Of a stretch of 64,000 bases of DNA, positions 20,279 through 29,138 are shown piece after piece. The notes under the pieces are model-generated. The model was not told where the DNA came from and made no database searches. It was given only the letters and a program-made list of their open reading frames with translations. The translations under genes were made by a program, and so were the position numbers. Source of the DNA: Acidobacteriota bacterium (GTDB lineage: Bacteria > Acidobacteriota > Thermoanaerobaculia > Gp7-AA8); NCBI GenBank assembly GCA_021325515.1, contig JAJPHC010000051.1:27998-91997 (forward strand), read 5' to 3'. Numbering within the stretch: the stretch's first letter is position 1; each line of letters opens with the position of its first letter.

Positions 20279-21250
20279 ATGAAAGCGCTACTCGCAAAAA
20301 AACAGGACAAGGGCTACAAGGTCTCCCTCGAGGAGACCGAGCCGCAGTCAGGCGAAGTCCTCGTGGACATCGCCTACTCCTCCCTCAACTACAAGGACGC
20401 TCTCGCCGTCACCGCGAAAGGGAGGATCATCCGCACGTTCCCGATGGTGATCGGGATCGATCTCGCCGGCACGGTGATCGAGTCGAGCAGCGACGAATTC
20501 AGGAAGGGCGACAAGGTCATCGGCCTGGCGCAGGGACTTGGCGAGACGGAGTGGGGCGGCTACGCGCAGCAGCAGCGCGTGCTGGCGAAGACGCTCGTGC
20601 CGCTGCCTGCGTCGTTGAGTCTGGAGGATGCGATGCGAATCGGCACCGCGGGCTTCACCGCGATGCTGAGCGTGATGGCGCTCGATGCGTACGGCCTCGA
20701 GCCTTCGGAACGGGAGGTCGTCGTCACCGGCGCGGCGGGCGGCGTCGGCTCGCTCGCCGTGATGCTGCTCGCACGCCGCGGCCATCGCGTGGCGGCATCG
20801 ACCGGTCGCCCGGAGCTCGAGGAGTACTTCCGCAATCTCGGCGCTTCCTCGATCCTTCCCCGTGCGGAGCTGGCGCGCAAGCCTTCGCCTCTCGAGTCCG
20901 AGCGCTTCCTCGGCGGCATCGACACGGTCGGCGGCGACACGCTCGCAACGCTCTTCGCGCAGACGGTCTACGAAGGTGCGATCGCCTGCTGCGGAATGGC
21001 AGGCGGCCACGAGCTGAACACGACTGTGTGGCCTCTCATCCTCCGCAACGTCGCCCTCCTCGGCATCAGCTCGATCCACACGTCGAAGGAGAAGCGAAAG
21101 GAAGCATGGTCACGCCTCGCGGCGGAAGTGCCGCGCGACCGTCTGGAAGCGATCAGCAGAACCGAGCCGCTCTCCAACATCGTCGCGCTGAGCGAAGAAC
21201 TGCTGGCGGGAAAAGTCCTCGGCAGAATCGTGATCGACGTGAACCGCTAG
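20279..21250 (+). CDS. YhdH/AcuI-type MDR-family NADPH:quinone / acrylyl-CoA reductase
   Basis: 323 aa; MKALL..K.......L.E.E.P; YSSLNYKDALA; GAAGGVGS nucleotide fold. Typical YhdH subfamily. Confidence 0.8.
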   Translation: MKALLAKKQDKGYKVSLEETEPQSGEVLVDIAYSSLNYKDALAVTAKGRIIRTFPMVIGIDLAGTVIESSSDEFRKGDKVIGLAQGLGETEWGGYAQQQRVLAKTLVPLPASLSLEDAMRIGTAGFTAMLSVMALDAYGLEPSEREVVVTGAAGGVGSLAVMLLARRGHRVAASTGRPELEEYFRNLGASSILPRAELARKPSPLESERFLGGIDTVGGDTLATLFAQTVYEGAIACCGMAGGHELNTTVWPLILRNVALLGISSIHTSKEKRKEAWSRLAAEVPRDRLEAISRTEPLSNIVALSEELLAGKVLGRIVIDVNR

Positions 21251-21925
21251 CTACGGCCCGACTGCGGTAATCGCTTCTTCCAGAAACTTCCGCACGCTGC
21301 CGCGGGAAGAGACGAGCAGCACGGCGCCGAACCATCCCTGCGTGTTCCAGAATCCCGACGACAGCGACTTCGCGATCGTCGGCCCTTCTGCGAACACGGG
21401 GGGCGTCACATACCAGTAAGGCTCGGGATACTGCGCATCACCGGCGAGAAAACCGACGCCTGTCGTCAGCCCATCGCCGTTGTCGATGCGCACCGCGATG
21501 TCGAAATGATGCGGCCAGCAGCGCGGCTTGCCGAACCGCTGCAGCTCCTGGTTAGCCGCGTGATAGAGGTCGGAGATCTCCTGCTGATCGCCGAAGTCGG
21601 GCGCGAACGGCTCGCCATGCGCCACCGGATGATCCGGCAGGGAGCCCTCCGCGGGGCGCTCCAGTTTCTGTCCGACCTTCGACTCGAAGAAGTGAAACGC
21701 ATCCTCGAGGCTCCGTCCGGCCAGAGGAAACTCATCGTCGCCGTACAGCAGCGTCAGATCGTGAAAGCGGATGCCCGCGCGGTCGTCGCCCTGAATCAGA
21801 GCCGTGCGCTCCGGCGACCAGTAGAAACTCGTGTGCGAGTCGTCGGCCTGCTTCGGCAGAGTCGTGCGGCCGACGCCGGCGGCAGCCTGCGCCGCCCAGT
21901 GCAGTTGAAGTCGTGTATCGATCAT
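21251..21925 (-). CDS. hypothetical protein
   Basis: Start taken at the internal ATG (MIDTRLQLHWAAQ...), 225 aa; coding-like codon bias; no recognised motif. The upstream extension is probably artefact. Confidence 0.4.
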   Translation of the reverse strand: MIDTRLQLHWAAQAAAGVGRTTLPKQADDSHTSFYWSPERTALIQGDDRAGIRFHDLTLLYGDDEFPLAGRSLEDAFHFFESKVGQKLERPAEGSLPDHPVAHGEPFAPDFGDQQEISDLYHAANQELQRFGKPRCWPHHFDIAVRIDNGDGLTTGVGFLAGDAQYPEPYWYVTPPVFAEGPTIAKSLSSGFWNTQGWFGAVLLVSSRGSVRKFLEEAITAVGP

Positions 21926-22029
21926 GATGCTGTGCTGCCAAATATACGCGCGATTCGACAACGCTGCGGCAACATTGCAGAATGCATCAACACCGACAAC
22001 TCGACGGAATGGAATGGAGGTTCTGGCCA

Positions 22030-22526
22030 TGACGACGACACGTGTCTGTTTCGCGATCCTCACCGCCTTCGCCCTCGCCTCTCCGATCGCCTTTGGGCAA
22101 CCCTCTCCCGAACAGAAGAAGCTCGAGTCGATGACCGGCAAGTGGCAGACCGAGATTGAATTCAAGGGCACGACGCCGGGCAAGGCATCCGGCACCGAAG
22201 AGTGCGAGTGGTTCGCCAATCTTCACATCGTCTGCCACGCCGATCTCACCGGCGCCGCAGGCCTCTATCGCGCGATGCGCACCGTGAGCTGGGTGCCGGC
22301 GATGAAGCAGTACGCCGTCTATACGATCGACAGCATCGGCTATGCAGCGCTGACGATGGGAACCAGCAGCGGCAACACGTGGACGTTTACTTCCGCGGGG
22401 CCGGGTTGGAAGACACGCCTGACCATGAAGATCTCCGCGAACGAGATCACATCCACTTCCGAGTACGCCGGCGCGGACGGCAAGTGGATCACGACCGCGA
22501 GCTCGAGGTCGAAACGGTTGAAGTAG
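22030..22526 (+). CDS. DUF1579 family secreted protein
   Basis: GGAGG 9 nt before ATG 22030; signal peptide MTTTRVCFAILTAFALASPIAFG; ...MTGKWQTEIEFKG... is a DUF1579-like lipocalin-type pattern. Confidence 0.55.
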
Positions 22527-22584
22527 TAGAGGGGCGTTGGGGGCCTGCGTTAAATCCGGCGAGAGCCATCGCTACCGCGAGCTG

Positions 22585-23630
22585 TCACCGTCCCCAGATC
22601 TGCGCGAGGCGCGCGTCGCGGCCGCAACCGTGCCGGTAGTACTTGTACCGGATCGGATTCTTGATGTGGTACTGCTGGTGGTACTCCTCGGCCGGATAGA
22701 AGCGGCTGGCGGCGATGATGTCGGTCACCACGCGCTGCTTCGGAAAGCGCTTCTGCACCGCATCGCGCGATGCGATCGCCGCGCGATGCTGCTCCTCGCC
22801 GTGATAGTAGATCGCGCCCTTGTACTGCTCTCCCTTGTCGCAAAACTGTCCGTACTGATCGAACGGGTCGACGTTGTGCCAGAAGATGTCGAGCAGCTTC
22901 TCGTACGACACCTTCGCCGGATCGAACGTCACCTGCACCGCCTCGCGATGTCCTGTGCCGCCCGACGAGACCTGTTCGTACGACGGATCGTTCACATTGC
23001 CGCCCGTGTAGCCGGAAAGCACACCGATCACTCCCGGCACCGAATCGAACGCCGCCTCCGAGCACCAGAAGCAGCCGGCGGCGAACGTCGCTACCGCGCG
23101 TGGCGGAGGAGCCGCGTGCAGCGGGAGAGAAACGAAGAGAATCGCCAGCATTGCTGCAGCGGCGAGTTGGGGTGCCACCGCCGGTTTGAACTTCTTCCGG
23201 AGCAGCGCATCCAGCGAGAAGAGACCGGGGCCGAACGCCAGGACGATCAGCGCCACCATGAGATAGGGGAACGCCGCATCTCCCGTGAAGCCGTCGATCG
23301 ATCCCCAGTCCTTCTTATCGCCGCTGACGATCGCCACGAACATGTTCACCGCCAGCGGGATGGAGATCAGACGCGAGGCGAGCCCGATGAACAGCAGCAC
23401 GCCGCTGACCAGTTCCAATCCGCCGACGAAGCGCGCCGTCAATTCCGGCATCGGGATCTGGCGCGTCGCGAAGAACTTCGCCACGTTGTCCAGGTTGTGC
23501 AGCTTGCCCCAACCGTTCGTTGCCAGCTCGTATCCGAACAACAGCCGGATCACGAGGAGCAGCGGGTCGCGGAGACGATCGAGCACCTTCGTCGTCCCCC
23601 AGTCATAGAGAGCCTGTAGTCGCGTCACTC
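22585..23630 (-). CDS. msrA: DoxX-family membrane domain fused to peptide methionine sulfoxide reductase MsrA
   Basis: GTG start (rc of 23628-23630) 7 nt after GGAGG, overlapping the upstream gene stop. N-terminal about 150 aa is DoxX-like with four TM segments (..LLFGYELATNGWGKL..), followed by an extra hydrophobic segment. The MsrA domain has AGCFWCSEAAF.. active site and no intervening stop. Confidence 0.75.
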
Positions 23631-24323
23631 GATTCCTCCGAAGATCCCCGCCGCGCTCCAGTCGCGGAACCAGGCGAACAACTCTTCCTGAGTGGCGCCG
23701 GTGGACTCGATCGCTTCGACCAGCGTCGCTCCATCGCAAAGCGCGGAGAGGAATTCGTAAGCCCTCTCATCCAGCGTGAAGCGATAGACCGAGTAATCGC
23801 GGCGATGGAACACGACGAACGTCTTCTTCGGCTCCGGCTCGACCAGCTCTTCCTCATCGCGAAACTTCTGAAAGAAATCGGCGACCGGGTAGTCGAACGC
23901 CATCAGGCGAAACGCCGCGATCATCTTCAGACGCGAATCAGGACCGACGGCGGCGATCGCCTCGGGGCCCAGCGCAGGTGTCTCTTCTTCGTCGAACACC
24001 TGCGTCATCGCGAGCTCGAAGCGGGCAAGGTCGGAGAGGAACGGATCGTCCTTCAGAAACTCAGAAAACGAGTCGCCGAGCCGGTTCAGCGTGTAGCTCC
24101 GCGACGGATGGACTTCGGAATAGCGAGTGACGAGATCGTGGAACTTCTCTTCCCCGAGGAATTGCGCGATCGCCGGATAATCGACGGCCATCGCGTCGTA
24201 CATGCGGATCGGATACATGTCGCGATAGATCGCGATCCGCTCCGGATCGACGAGCCGCGACGTATCTTCCGGCCAGTGCGGCGACGTGATGGCGTCGTAC
24301 ATCCACTCCTGAAACTCACGCAC
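23625..24323 (-). CDS. DUF2063 domain protein (MNIO partner protein, MbnC/BufC-like)
   Basis: DUF2063 blocks ..[28 protein letters not shown]...[14 protein letters not shown]. Start is either GTG 24321-24323 (overlaps the DUF692 stop by 8 nt) or ATG 24300-24302. Confidence 0.75.
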   Translation of the reverse strand: MREFQEWMYDAITSPHWPEDTSRLVDPERIAIYRDMYPIRMYDAMAVDYPAIAQFLGEEKFHDLVTRYSEVHPSRSYTLNRLGDSFSEFLKDDPFLSDLARFELAMTQVFDEEETPALGPEAIAAVGPDSRLKMIAAFRLMAFDYPVADFFQKFRDEEELVEPEPKKTFVVFHRRDYSVYRFTLDERAYEFLSALCDGATLVEAIESTGATQEELFAWFRDWSAAGIFGGIE

Positions 24324-25140
24324 AGACGGCCTCCAGATATCCGGCGGCCTTTTTCGCCTCGGCGTGCACGGTCTCGAAGTCGGGGATCTCCTGATCCCAC
24401 TCGACCATCGTCGACACATCGCCGAATCGCCGGCACGTGTAGTCGTACAGCGACCACACCTCGTCGATGACGTGCCCCATGTGCGTGTCGATGATGTGCG
24501 TGTCGTACTTCGTGTGGCCGGCGAGATGGATCTGCACCACGCGGCCCTTCGGGATGTTGTCGATGTACGTCTTCGGATCGAAGCCGTGGTTGAAGGCGCT
24601 GACGTAAACGTTGTTGACGTCGAGGAGCAGGTAGCAGTCCGAGCGCTCGGTGAGCTGCGCGAGAAAGTCCCACTCCGTCATCGTCGACTCTTTGAACGCC
24701 ACATAGGTCGACGGGTTCTCGAGCACGAGCGGCCGCTCCAGGAAGTCGCTGACGACACGCACGCGCTCGGCGATGTGCTCGAGTGCGCGCTCGTGTGTCG
24801 GCACCGGGAGAAGATCGTGCGTGTTCTTTCCCATCACCCCTGTCCAGCAGAGATGGTCCGAGACCCAGCGTGCATTCACGCGCTTCGCGAGCTTCTTCAA
24901 CTTGCGGAGGTAGTTCATGTCGAGCGGATCGGTTCCGCCGATGGACATCGAGACGCCGTGCAGGACGACCGGATAGCGCTCGGCAATCTTGTCGAGCACG
25001 TACGCCGGACGGCCGCCGCTGTCCATGTGATTTTCAGAGAGCGCTTCGAACCAGTCGATCTCCGGCTCCTGTCCGAGGATGTGGGAGAAGTGGACGGTGC
25101 GAAGGCCGATGCCGATGCCTAGATAGGGGAACTCGGTCAT
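24316..25140 (-). CDS. DUF692 / UPF0276 family protein (MNIO, multinuclear non-heme iron oxidase, MbnB-like)
   Basis: ATG (rc 25138-25140). [45 protein letters not shown] and HLAGH are the hallmark DUF692 TIM-barrel blocks. Confidence 0.85.
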   Translation of the reverse strand: MTEFPYLGIGIGLRTVHFSHILGQEPEIDWFEALSENHMDSGGRPAYVLDKIAERYPVVLHGVSMSIGGTDPLDMNYLRKLKKLAKRVNARWVSDHLCWTGVMGKNTHDLLPVPTHERALEHIAERVRVVSDFLERPLVLENPSTYVAFKESTMTEWDFLAQLTERSDCYLLLDVNNVYVSAFNHGFDPKTYIDNIPKGRVVQIHLAGHTKYDTHIIDTHMGHVIDEVWSLYDYTCRRFGDVSTMVEWDQEIPDFETVHAEAKKAAGYLEAVCA

Positions 25141-25205
25141 TTGCGTAGTTGGATGCCGAATGCTGGCTGCCGGTTTCCGGCAGCCAGCAACAGGCGCATG
25201 ACTGA

Positions 25206-25583
25206 TTACGAAGCCTTCGGAGGAACGGCGCAGCCGCCCTTGCCCTTGCACTCGTTCTTGCCATCCGGGCCCTGGCCCTTGCAGGCGTTCTTACCCTTGC
25301 AGTCGTGCTTGACGTCGGACGAGGCGCAGCCGCCCTTGCCCTTGCAGGAGTTCTTGCCGGCGCAGCCCTTGTCGCCGCTCTTGCAGTTGCCTTTGCCCTT
25401 ACAACCGTTCATGCCTTTACAGGCATGCTTGTCGGCCGCCTTGTCAGCCTTCTTGCTGTCGGCCACCTGGACCTTGCCATTGTCGCTGAGCGAGAACGTA
25501 TTGGCGCGGGCCTGGGTACCAACGGTCAAACCTGCAACGACACCACCGAGAACGAGAACCTTTGCGAGATCACGTGAATTCAT
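25206..25583 (-). CDS. secreted Cys/Lys/Gly-rich small protein, candidate RiPP precursor (bufferin-like)
   Basis: AGGAGGG 6 nt before the ATG. Sec signal [27 protein letters not shown]. Mature part has 10 Cys in spaced C-x5-7-C pairs ([36 protein letters not shown]) in a K/G-rich background. First gene of the MNIO operon. Confidence 0.65.
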   Translation of the reverse strand: MNSRDLAKVLVLGGVVAGLTVGTQARANTFSLSDNGKVQVADSKKADKAADKHACKGMNGCKGKGNCKSGDKGCAGKNSCKGKGGCASSDVKHDCKGKNACKGQGPDGKNECKGKGGCAVPPKAS

Positions 25584-25760
25584 GGGAGTAACTCCCTCCT
25601 TTCAATCGACAAACTACGTGTGGAACTTCACGTCGGACTCATGCACTTCTCACTTTTCTGTCACGCGGGCGGGGGTCGTGAAGCAGACACAGTGGATGCC
25701 TCCTCTTGCCGTGGGACCGAGCTCCGATTGTTGATGGAGACGGAATGTTACGCCGCTAGC

Positions 25761-25780
25761 CGTCACATCGCAATGTGACG
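25761..25780. promoter_or_regulatory. perfect palindrome CGTCACAT-cgca-ATGTGACG upstream of the MNIO operon (candidate operator)
   Basis: 8-bp arms with 4-nt spacer, about 180 bp upstream of the precursor start codon, in the 300-bp intergenic region. Confidence 0.3.
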
Positions 25781-25790
25781 TTGACCCACC

Positions 25791-25847
25791 AACGTCCTCC
25801 CTCGCCCCCCAACGTCCTCCCTCGCCCCCCATCGTCTCCCTCGCCGC
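25791..25847. repeat. imperfect 20-bp tandem direct repeat x about 2.8 (AACGTCCTCCCTCGCCCCCC)
   Basis: aacgtcctccctcgcccccc / aacgtcctccctcgcccccc / atcgtctccctcgccgc. It sits between the histidine-kinase stop and the MNIO operon promoter region. Confidence 0.6.
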
Positions 25848-25886
25848 AAAGCGGGGATAGGGGCCAGGGGTGAGGGGCAAACCGTC

Positions 25887-27278
25887 CTACACGGCGAAGC
25901 TGAACGTCGTTCCGGCGTTCTTCCTGCTCTGCGCGACCAGCGACGCTCCGTGCAACTCCAGAATCCTCTTCGCGATCGCCAGTCCGAGGCCGGCGCCGCC
26001 GCGCGGCGTCGACTCCTCCCCCTGCCAGAATCGGTCGAAGATATAAGGCAGGCTCTCCTCGGAAATGCCGCACCCGGTGTCGGTGACCCGCACCGATAGT
26101 TTCTCCTGCTGTGGCATCAGCGACACCGTGACGCTTCCCCCTTCGGGGGTATAGCGGATCGCGTTCTCGATCAGATTCTCGAGCACGCGCTCCATCAGTG
26201 CGATGTCGCCTTTCACCAGCGGCAACGCCGGCTCGAGCTGCGCCGTCACAGACACCCTCGCCTGTTCCGCGCGCAACTGAAACTTCTGCACGACGTCCTG
26301 CACCAGCTCGGCCATCGAGAACGGCTCGATCTGGAGCGGCGTCATCTTCGAATCGAGCTTCGCCAGTTCGAACAGCTCATCGACGAGTTTTCCGAGCCGC
26401 TCGCTGTGCTTGCTCGCGATCTCGAGGAAGCGCCGCTGCTCGTCGGGAGTGAGCTGCCCCTCCTTTAATAACAGGGTCTGGATGTAGCCCTGCAGCGACG
26501 CGAGCGGCGTGCGGAGATCGTGCGATACGTTCGCGACGAGCTCGCGCCTGTGCAGATCGACTTCCTTGAGCATCTGCACCTGCCGCTCGAATGCGTGCGC
26601 GAGGCGATCGACTTCATCGCCCGAGCCATTCACCGGAAGCCGCACCTCCCCGCTCGACTCCACGGCACTCGCGAGATTGCGCAGCCTTCGCGTCATCGCG
26701 CCGAAGAGCACGAGCCCCGCGGCGAGCGCAAAGAGCAGCGCGGCGATCGCGAGCATCACGCTCTGCTGAAGAATCCAGCTATTGCGGATGTGCGCCATCG
26801 CCGAGTCCTGCTGCTCGCCGCCGAGGATGACGTAGAGGTAGCCGTCGTCGACCTGCGCCACGGAAAAGATCTTTCGCCGCGAAAGATCGCGCGGATCGTC
26901 TCCGTGAATCGGCAGACGATCGCCGCGCATGAACGCTTCGATCGGCACCAGCGAAACGCTCTTGCGCTTCACTTTTCCCGGAGGCGCGGAAAACGCCCGG
27001 ATGGCTCCCCTCGCATCGAGCAGATAGATCTCGATCGACGGATTGACGGCCATCAGCGCGTCGAAGACGTTATCGAGCATCTTCCAGTCGATCGTGCCGT
27101 CGTGAATGACAGGCTTCTGCCGCACGATCGTCGCAGCAAGCCCGCGATTCAACCGCTGCGTTGCCTCTTCGTCATACAAGCGCGACGTATGAATCGTCAG
27201 CGCGACATCGACCGCTGCCGCGATCAGAAAGAGTCCGAGGAGGACGACGGCGAGCTTGGCGTAGAGAGACTTCTTCAT
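25887..27278 (-). CDS. sensor histidine kinase (TM-HAMP-HisKA-HATPase)
   Basis: Start MKKSLYAKLAVVLLGLFLI (rc ATG 27276-27278). H-box VSHDLRTPL; N-box NLIENAIRYT; G-boxes DTGCGI and GGAGLGLAIA. Confidence 0.8.
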   Translation of the reverse strand: MKKSLYAKLAVVLLGLFLIAAAVDVALTIHTSRLYDEEATQRLNRGLAATIVRQKPVIHDGTIDWKMLDNVFDALMAVNPSIEIYLLDARGAIRAFSAPPGKVKRKSVSLVPIEAFMRGDRLPIHGDDPRDLSRRKIFSVAQVDDGYLYVILGGEQQDSAMAHIRNSWILQQSVMLAIAALLFALAAGLVLFGAMTRRLRNLASAVESSGEVRLPVNGSGDEVDRLAHAFERQVQMLKEVDLHRRELVANVSHDLRTPLASLQGYIQTLLLKEGQLTPDEQRRFLEIASKHSERLGKLVDELFELAKLDSKMTPLQIEPFSMAELVQDVVQKFQLRAEQARVSVTAQLEPALPLVKGDIALMERVLENLIENAIRYTPEGGSVTVSLMPQQEKLSVRVTDTGCGISEESLPYIFDRFWQGEESTPRGGAGLGLAIAKRILELHGASLVAQSRKNAGTTFSFAV

Positions 27279-27293
27279 AGGGAAAAGAAGCGA

Positions 27294-27363
27294 AACGCAG
27301 AACGCAGAACGCAGAATGAAGAATTGAGAAGAGCGCATCGCTTGAAGTCGGTTTTCATTCTGC
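27294..27363. repeat. degenerate tandem heptamers (ACGCAGA)x3-(ATGAAGA)... plus 11-bp inverted repeat CGCAGAATGAA / TTCATTCTGCG
   Basis: Fills the short intergenic gap between the response-regulator stop (27355-27357, inside the inverted repeat) and the kinase start. Same heptad flavour as the hairpins at 1678 and 57017. Confidence 0.6.
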
Positions 27364-28071
27364 GGCCATTGCCTCTGTGAACTTGTAGCCCACTCCCCAC
27401 ACGGTGAGGATCCACTTCGGATCGGACTGATCTTCTTCGATCTTCGAGCGCAGCCGGTTGATGTGCGAGTTCACGGTGTGCTCGTAGCCGTCGTGGCCAT
27501 AGCCCCAGACGGAATCGAGGAGTTGCGCACGCGTGTAGACGCGGCCGGGATTGCGCGCGAACTGCAGCAGGAGATCGAACTCCTTCGCCGTGAGCTCCAC
27601 TTCCTCGCCGCGCAGCGTCACCTTCCTCTTCTCGACTTCGATGAGGAGATCGCCATATTGCAGCCGCGACGCCGGCGCTTCTTCCTCCGGCTTCGCACTC
27701 AAGGCATCGACGCGCCGCAGGAGCGCCTTCACGCGCGCGATCAGTTCGCGGATGTTGAAGGGCTTCGTCAGATAGTCATCGGCCCCTAGCTCGAGACCGA
27801 CGATGCGATCGACATCCGCCGAGCGCGCGGTGAGCATGAGGATCGGCGTGTAATTCGTCCGCGCGCGGAGCCTGCGGCAGATCTCGAGCCCATCGATGCC
27901 CGGCAGCATCAGATCGAGAATGATGAGATCGAACGGCTTCTTCGCCGCCAGCTCCAGCGCCACGTTGCCATGGTGTGCGAGCGTCACCTCGGCACCGAGA
28001 TCCTTGAGATGCATCTCGACGAGCTGGGCAATATCACGGTCATCTTCGACTACAAGGATGCGGCGAGCCAT
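27355..28071 (-). CDS. OmpR-family response regulator (REC + winged-helix)
   Basis: MARRILVVEDDRDIAQLV.. receiver domain, D54 context ILDLMLPGIDG, C-terminal winged helix LTAKEFDLLLQFARNPGRVYTR. Confidence 0.85.
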   Translation of the reverse strand: MARRILVVEDDRDIAQLVEMHLKDLGAEVTLAHHGNVALELAAKKPFDLIILDLMLPGIDGLEICRRLRARTNYTPILMLTARSADVDRIVGLELGADDYLTKPFNIRELIARVKALLRRVDALSAKPEEEAPASRLQYGDLLIEVEKRKVTLRGEEVELTAKEFDLLLQFARNPGRVYTRAQLLDSVWGYGHDGYEHTVNSHINRLRSKIEEDQSDPKWILTVWGVGYKFTEAMAAE

Positions 28072-28163
28072 GCGAACATTCTGATGCCGGCGGACTGGAA
28101 ATGGTTTCGCCCGATTCCACCGCGCGCCCGCGAACCCGCGAGCCCGCGTAACCAGGAGGTCTC

Positions 28164-29138
28164 ATGCACCATCGCAAACTCGGCCAGCTCGAAGTCTCCG
28201 CCATCGGTCTCGGCTGCATGGGGATGTCGGAGTTCTACGGGACTCACAACGATGCGCAGTCGCTCGACACCATTCATCGCGCGCTCGATCTCGGCGTGAA
28301 CTTTCTCGACACGGCAGACATGTACGGGCCGTTCACGAACGAGAAGCTGGTGGGCCGCGCGATCAAAGGGCGCCGCGACTCCGTGATCCTTGCGACGAAG
28401 TTCGGCAACGAGCGGAGGGCGGACGGATCGTGGGTCGGCATCAACGGCCGGCCGGAGTACGTCCGCGCCGCGTGCGATGCCTCGCTGCTGCGGCTCGGCG
28501 TCGATCACATCGATCTCTACTATCAACATCGCGTCGATCCGAAGACGCCGATCGAAGAAACGGCCGGCGCGATGTCCGAGCTCGTTCGCGCGGGCAAGGT
28601 GCGATTCCTCGGTCTCTCCGAGGCGGCACCGAAGACGATCCGCCGCGCGCATGCGATTCATCCCATCACTGCGCTGCAGACTGAATATTCACTCTGGAGC
28701 CGCGAGCCGGAGGATGAGATTCTTCCGACGGTGCGCGAGCTCGGCATCGGGTTCGTCGCCTACAGTCCGATCGGCCGCGGATTTCTCTCCGGCCGCATCA
28801 AGAGCGTCGACGATCTCGAGCCGGATGACTATCGCCGCAACAACCCGCGATTCCAGGGAGAGAACTTCCAGAAGAATCTCGATCTCGTGAAGAAGATCGA
28901 ACAACTCGCGAAGAAGCGCGGCGTCACGCCCGCACAACTCGCGATCGCGTGGGTGCTGTCGCGCGGCGAAGACATCGTCCCGATTCCCGGCAGCCGCCGC
29001 ATCCCGCATCTCGAGGAGAACATCGCGGCGGTGAACATCACATTGACGCGCGAAGAGCTGAGGCAGATCGACGACGCGGCGCCCGCCGGCGCGGCGGTGG
29101 GAGATCGCTACCCCGACATGTCGCGCGTGAATCTCTAA
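28164..29138 (+). CDS. aldo/keto reductase family oxidoreductase
   Basis: 324 aa. [22 protein letters not shown] and KVRFLGLSE are canonical AKR motifs. Confidence 0.85.
   Translation: MHHRKLGQLEVSAIGLGCMGMSEFYGTHNDAQSLDTIHRALDLGVNFLDTADMYGPFTNEKLVGRAIKGRRDSVILATKFGNERRADGSWVGINGRPEYVRAACDASLLRLGVDHIDLYYQHRVDPKTPIEETAGAMSELVRAGKVRFLGLSEAAPKTIRRAHAIHPITALQTEYSLWSREPEDEILPTVRELGIGFVAYSPIGRGFLSGRIKSVDDLEPDDYRRNNPRFQGENFQKNLDLVKKIEQLAKKRGVTPAQLAIAWVLSRGEDIVPIPGSRRIPHLEENIAAVNITLTREELRQIDDAAPAGAAVGDRYPDMSRVNL

Noticed and set aside
23520-24470. 316-aa plus-strand ORF and other plus-frame ORFs across 23285-25148
   Set aside because: They overlap the minus-strand DUF692/DUF2063/MsrA genes, all of which have clear family blocks. 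These are artefacts of GC-rich antisense frames.
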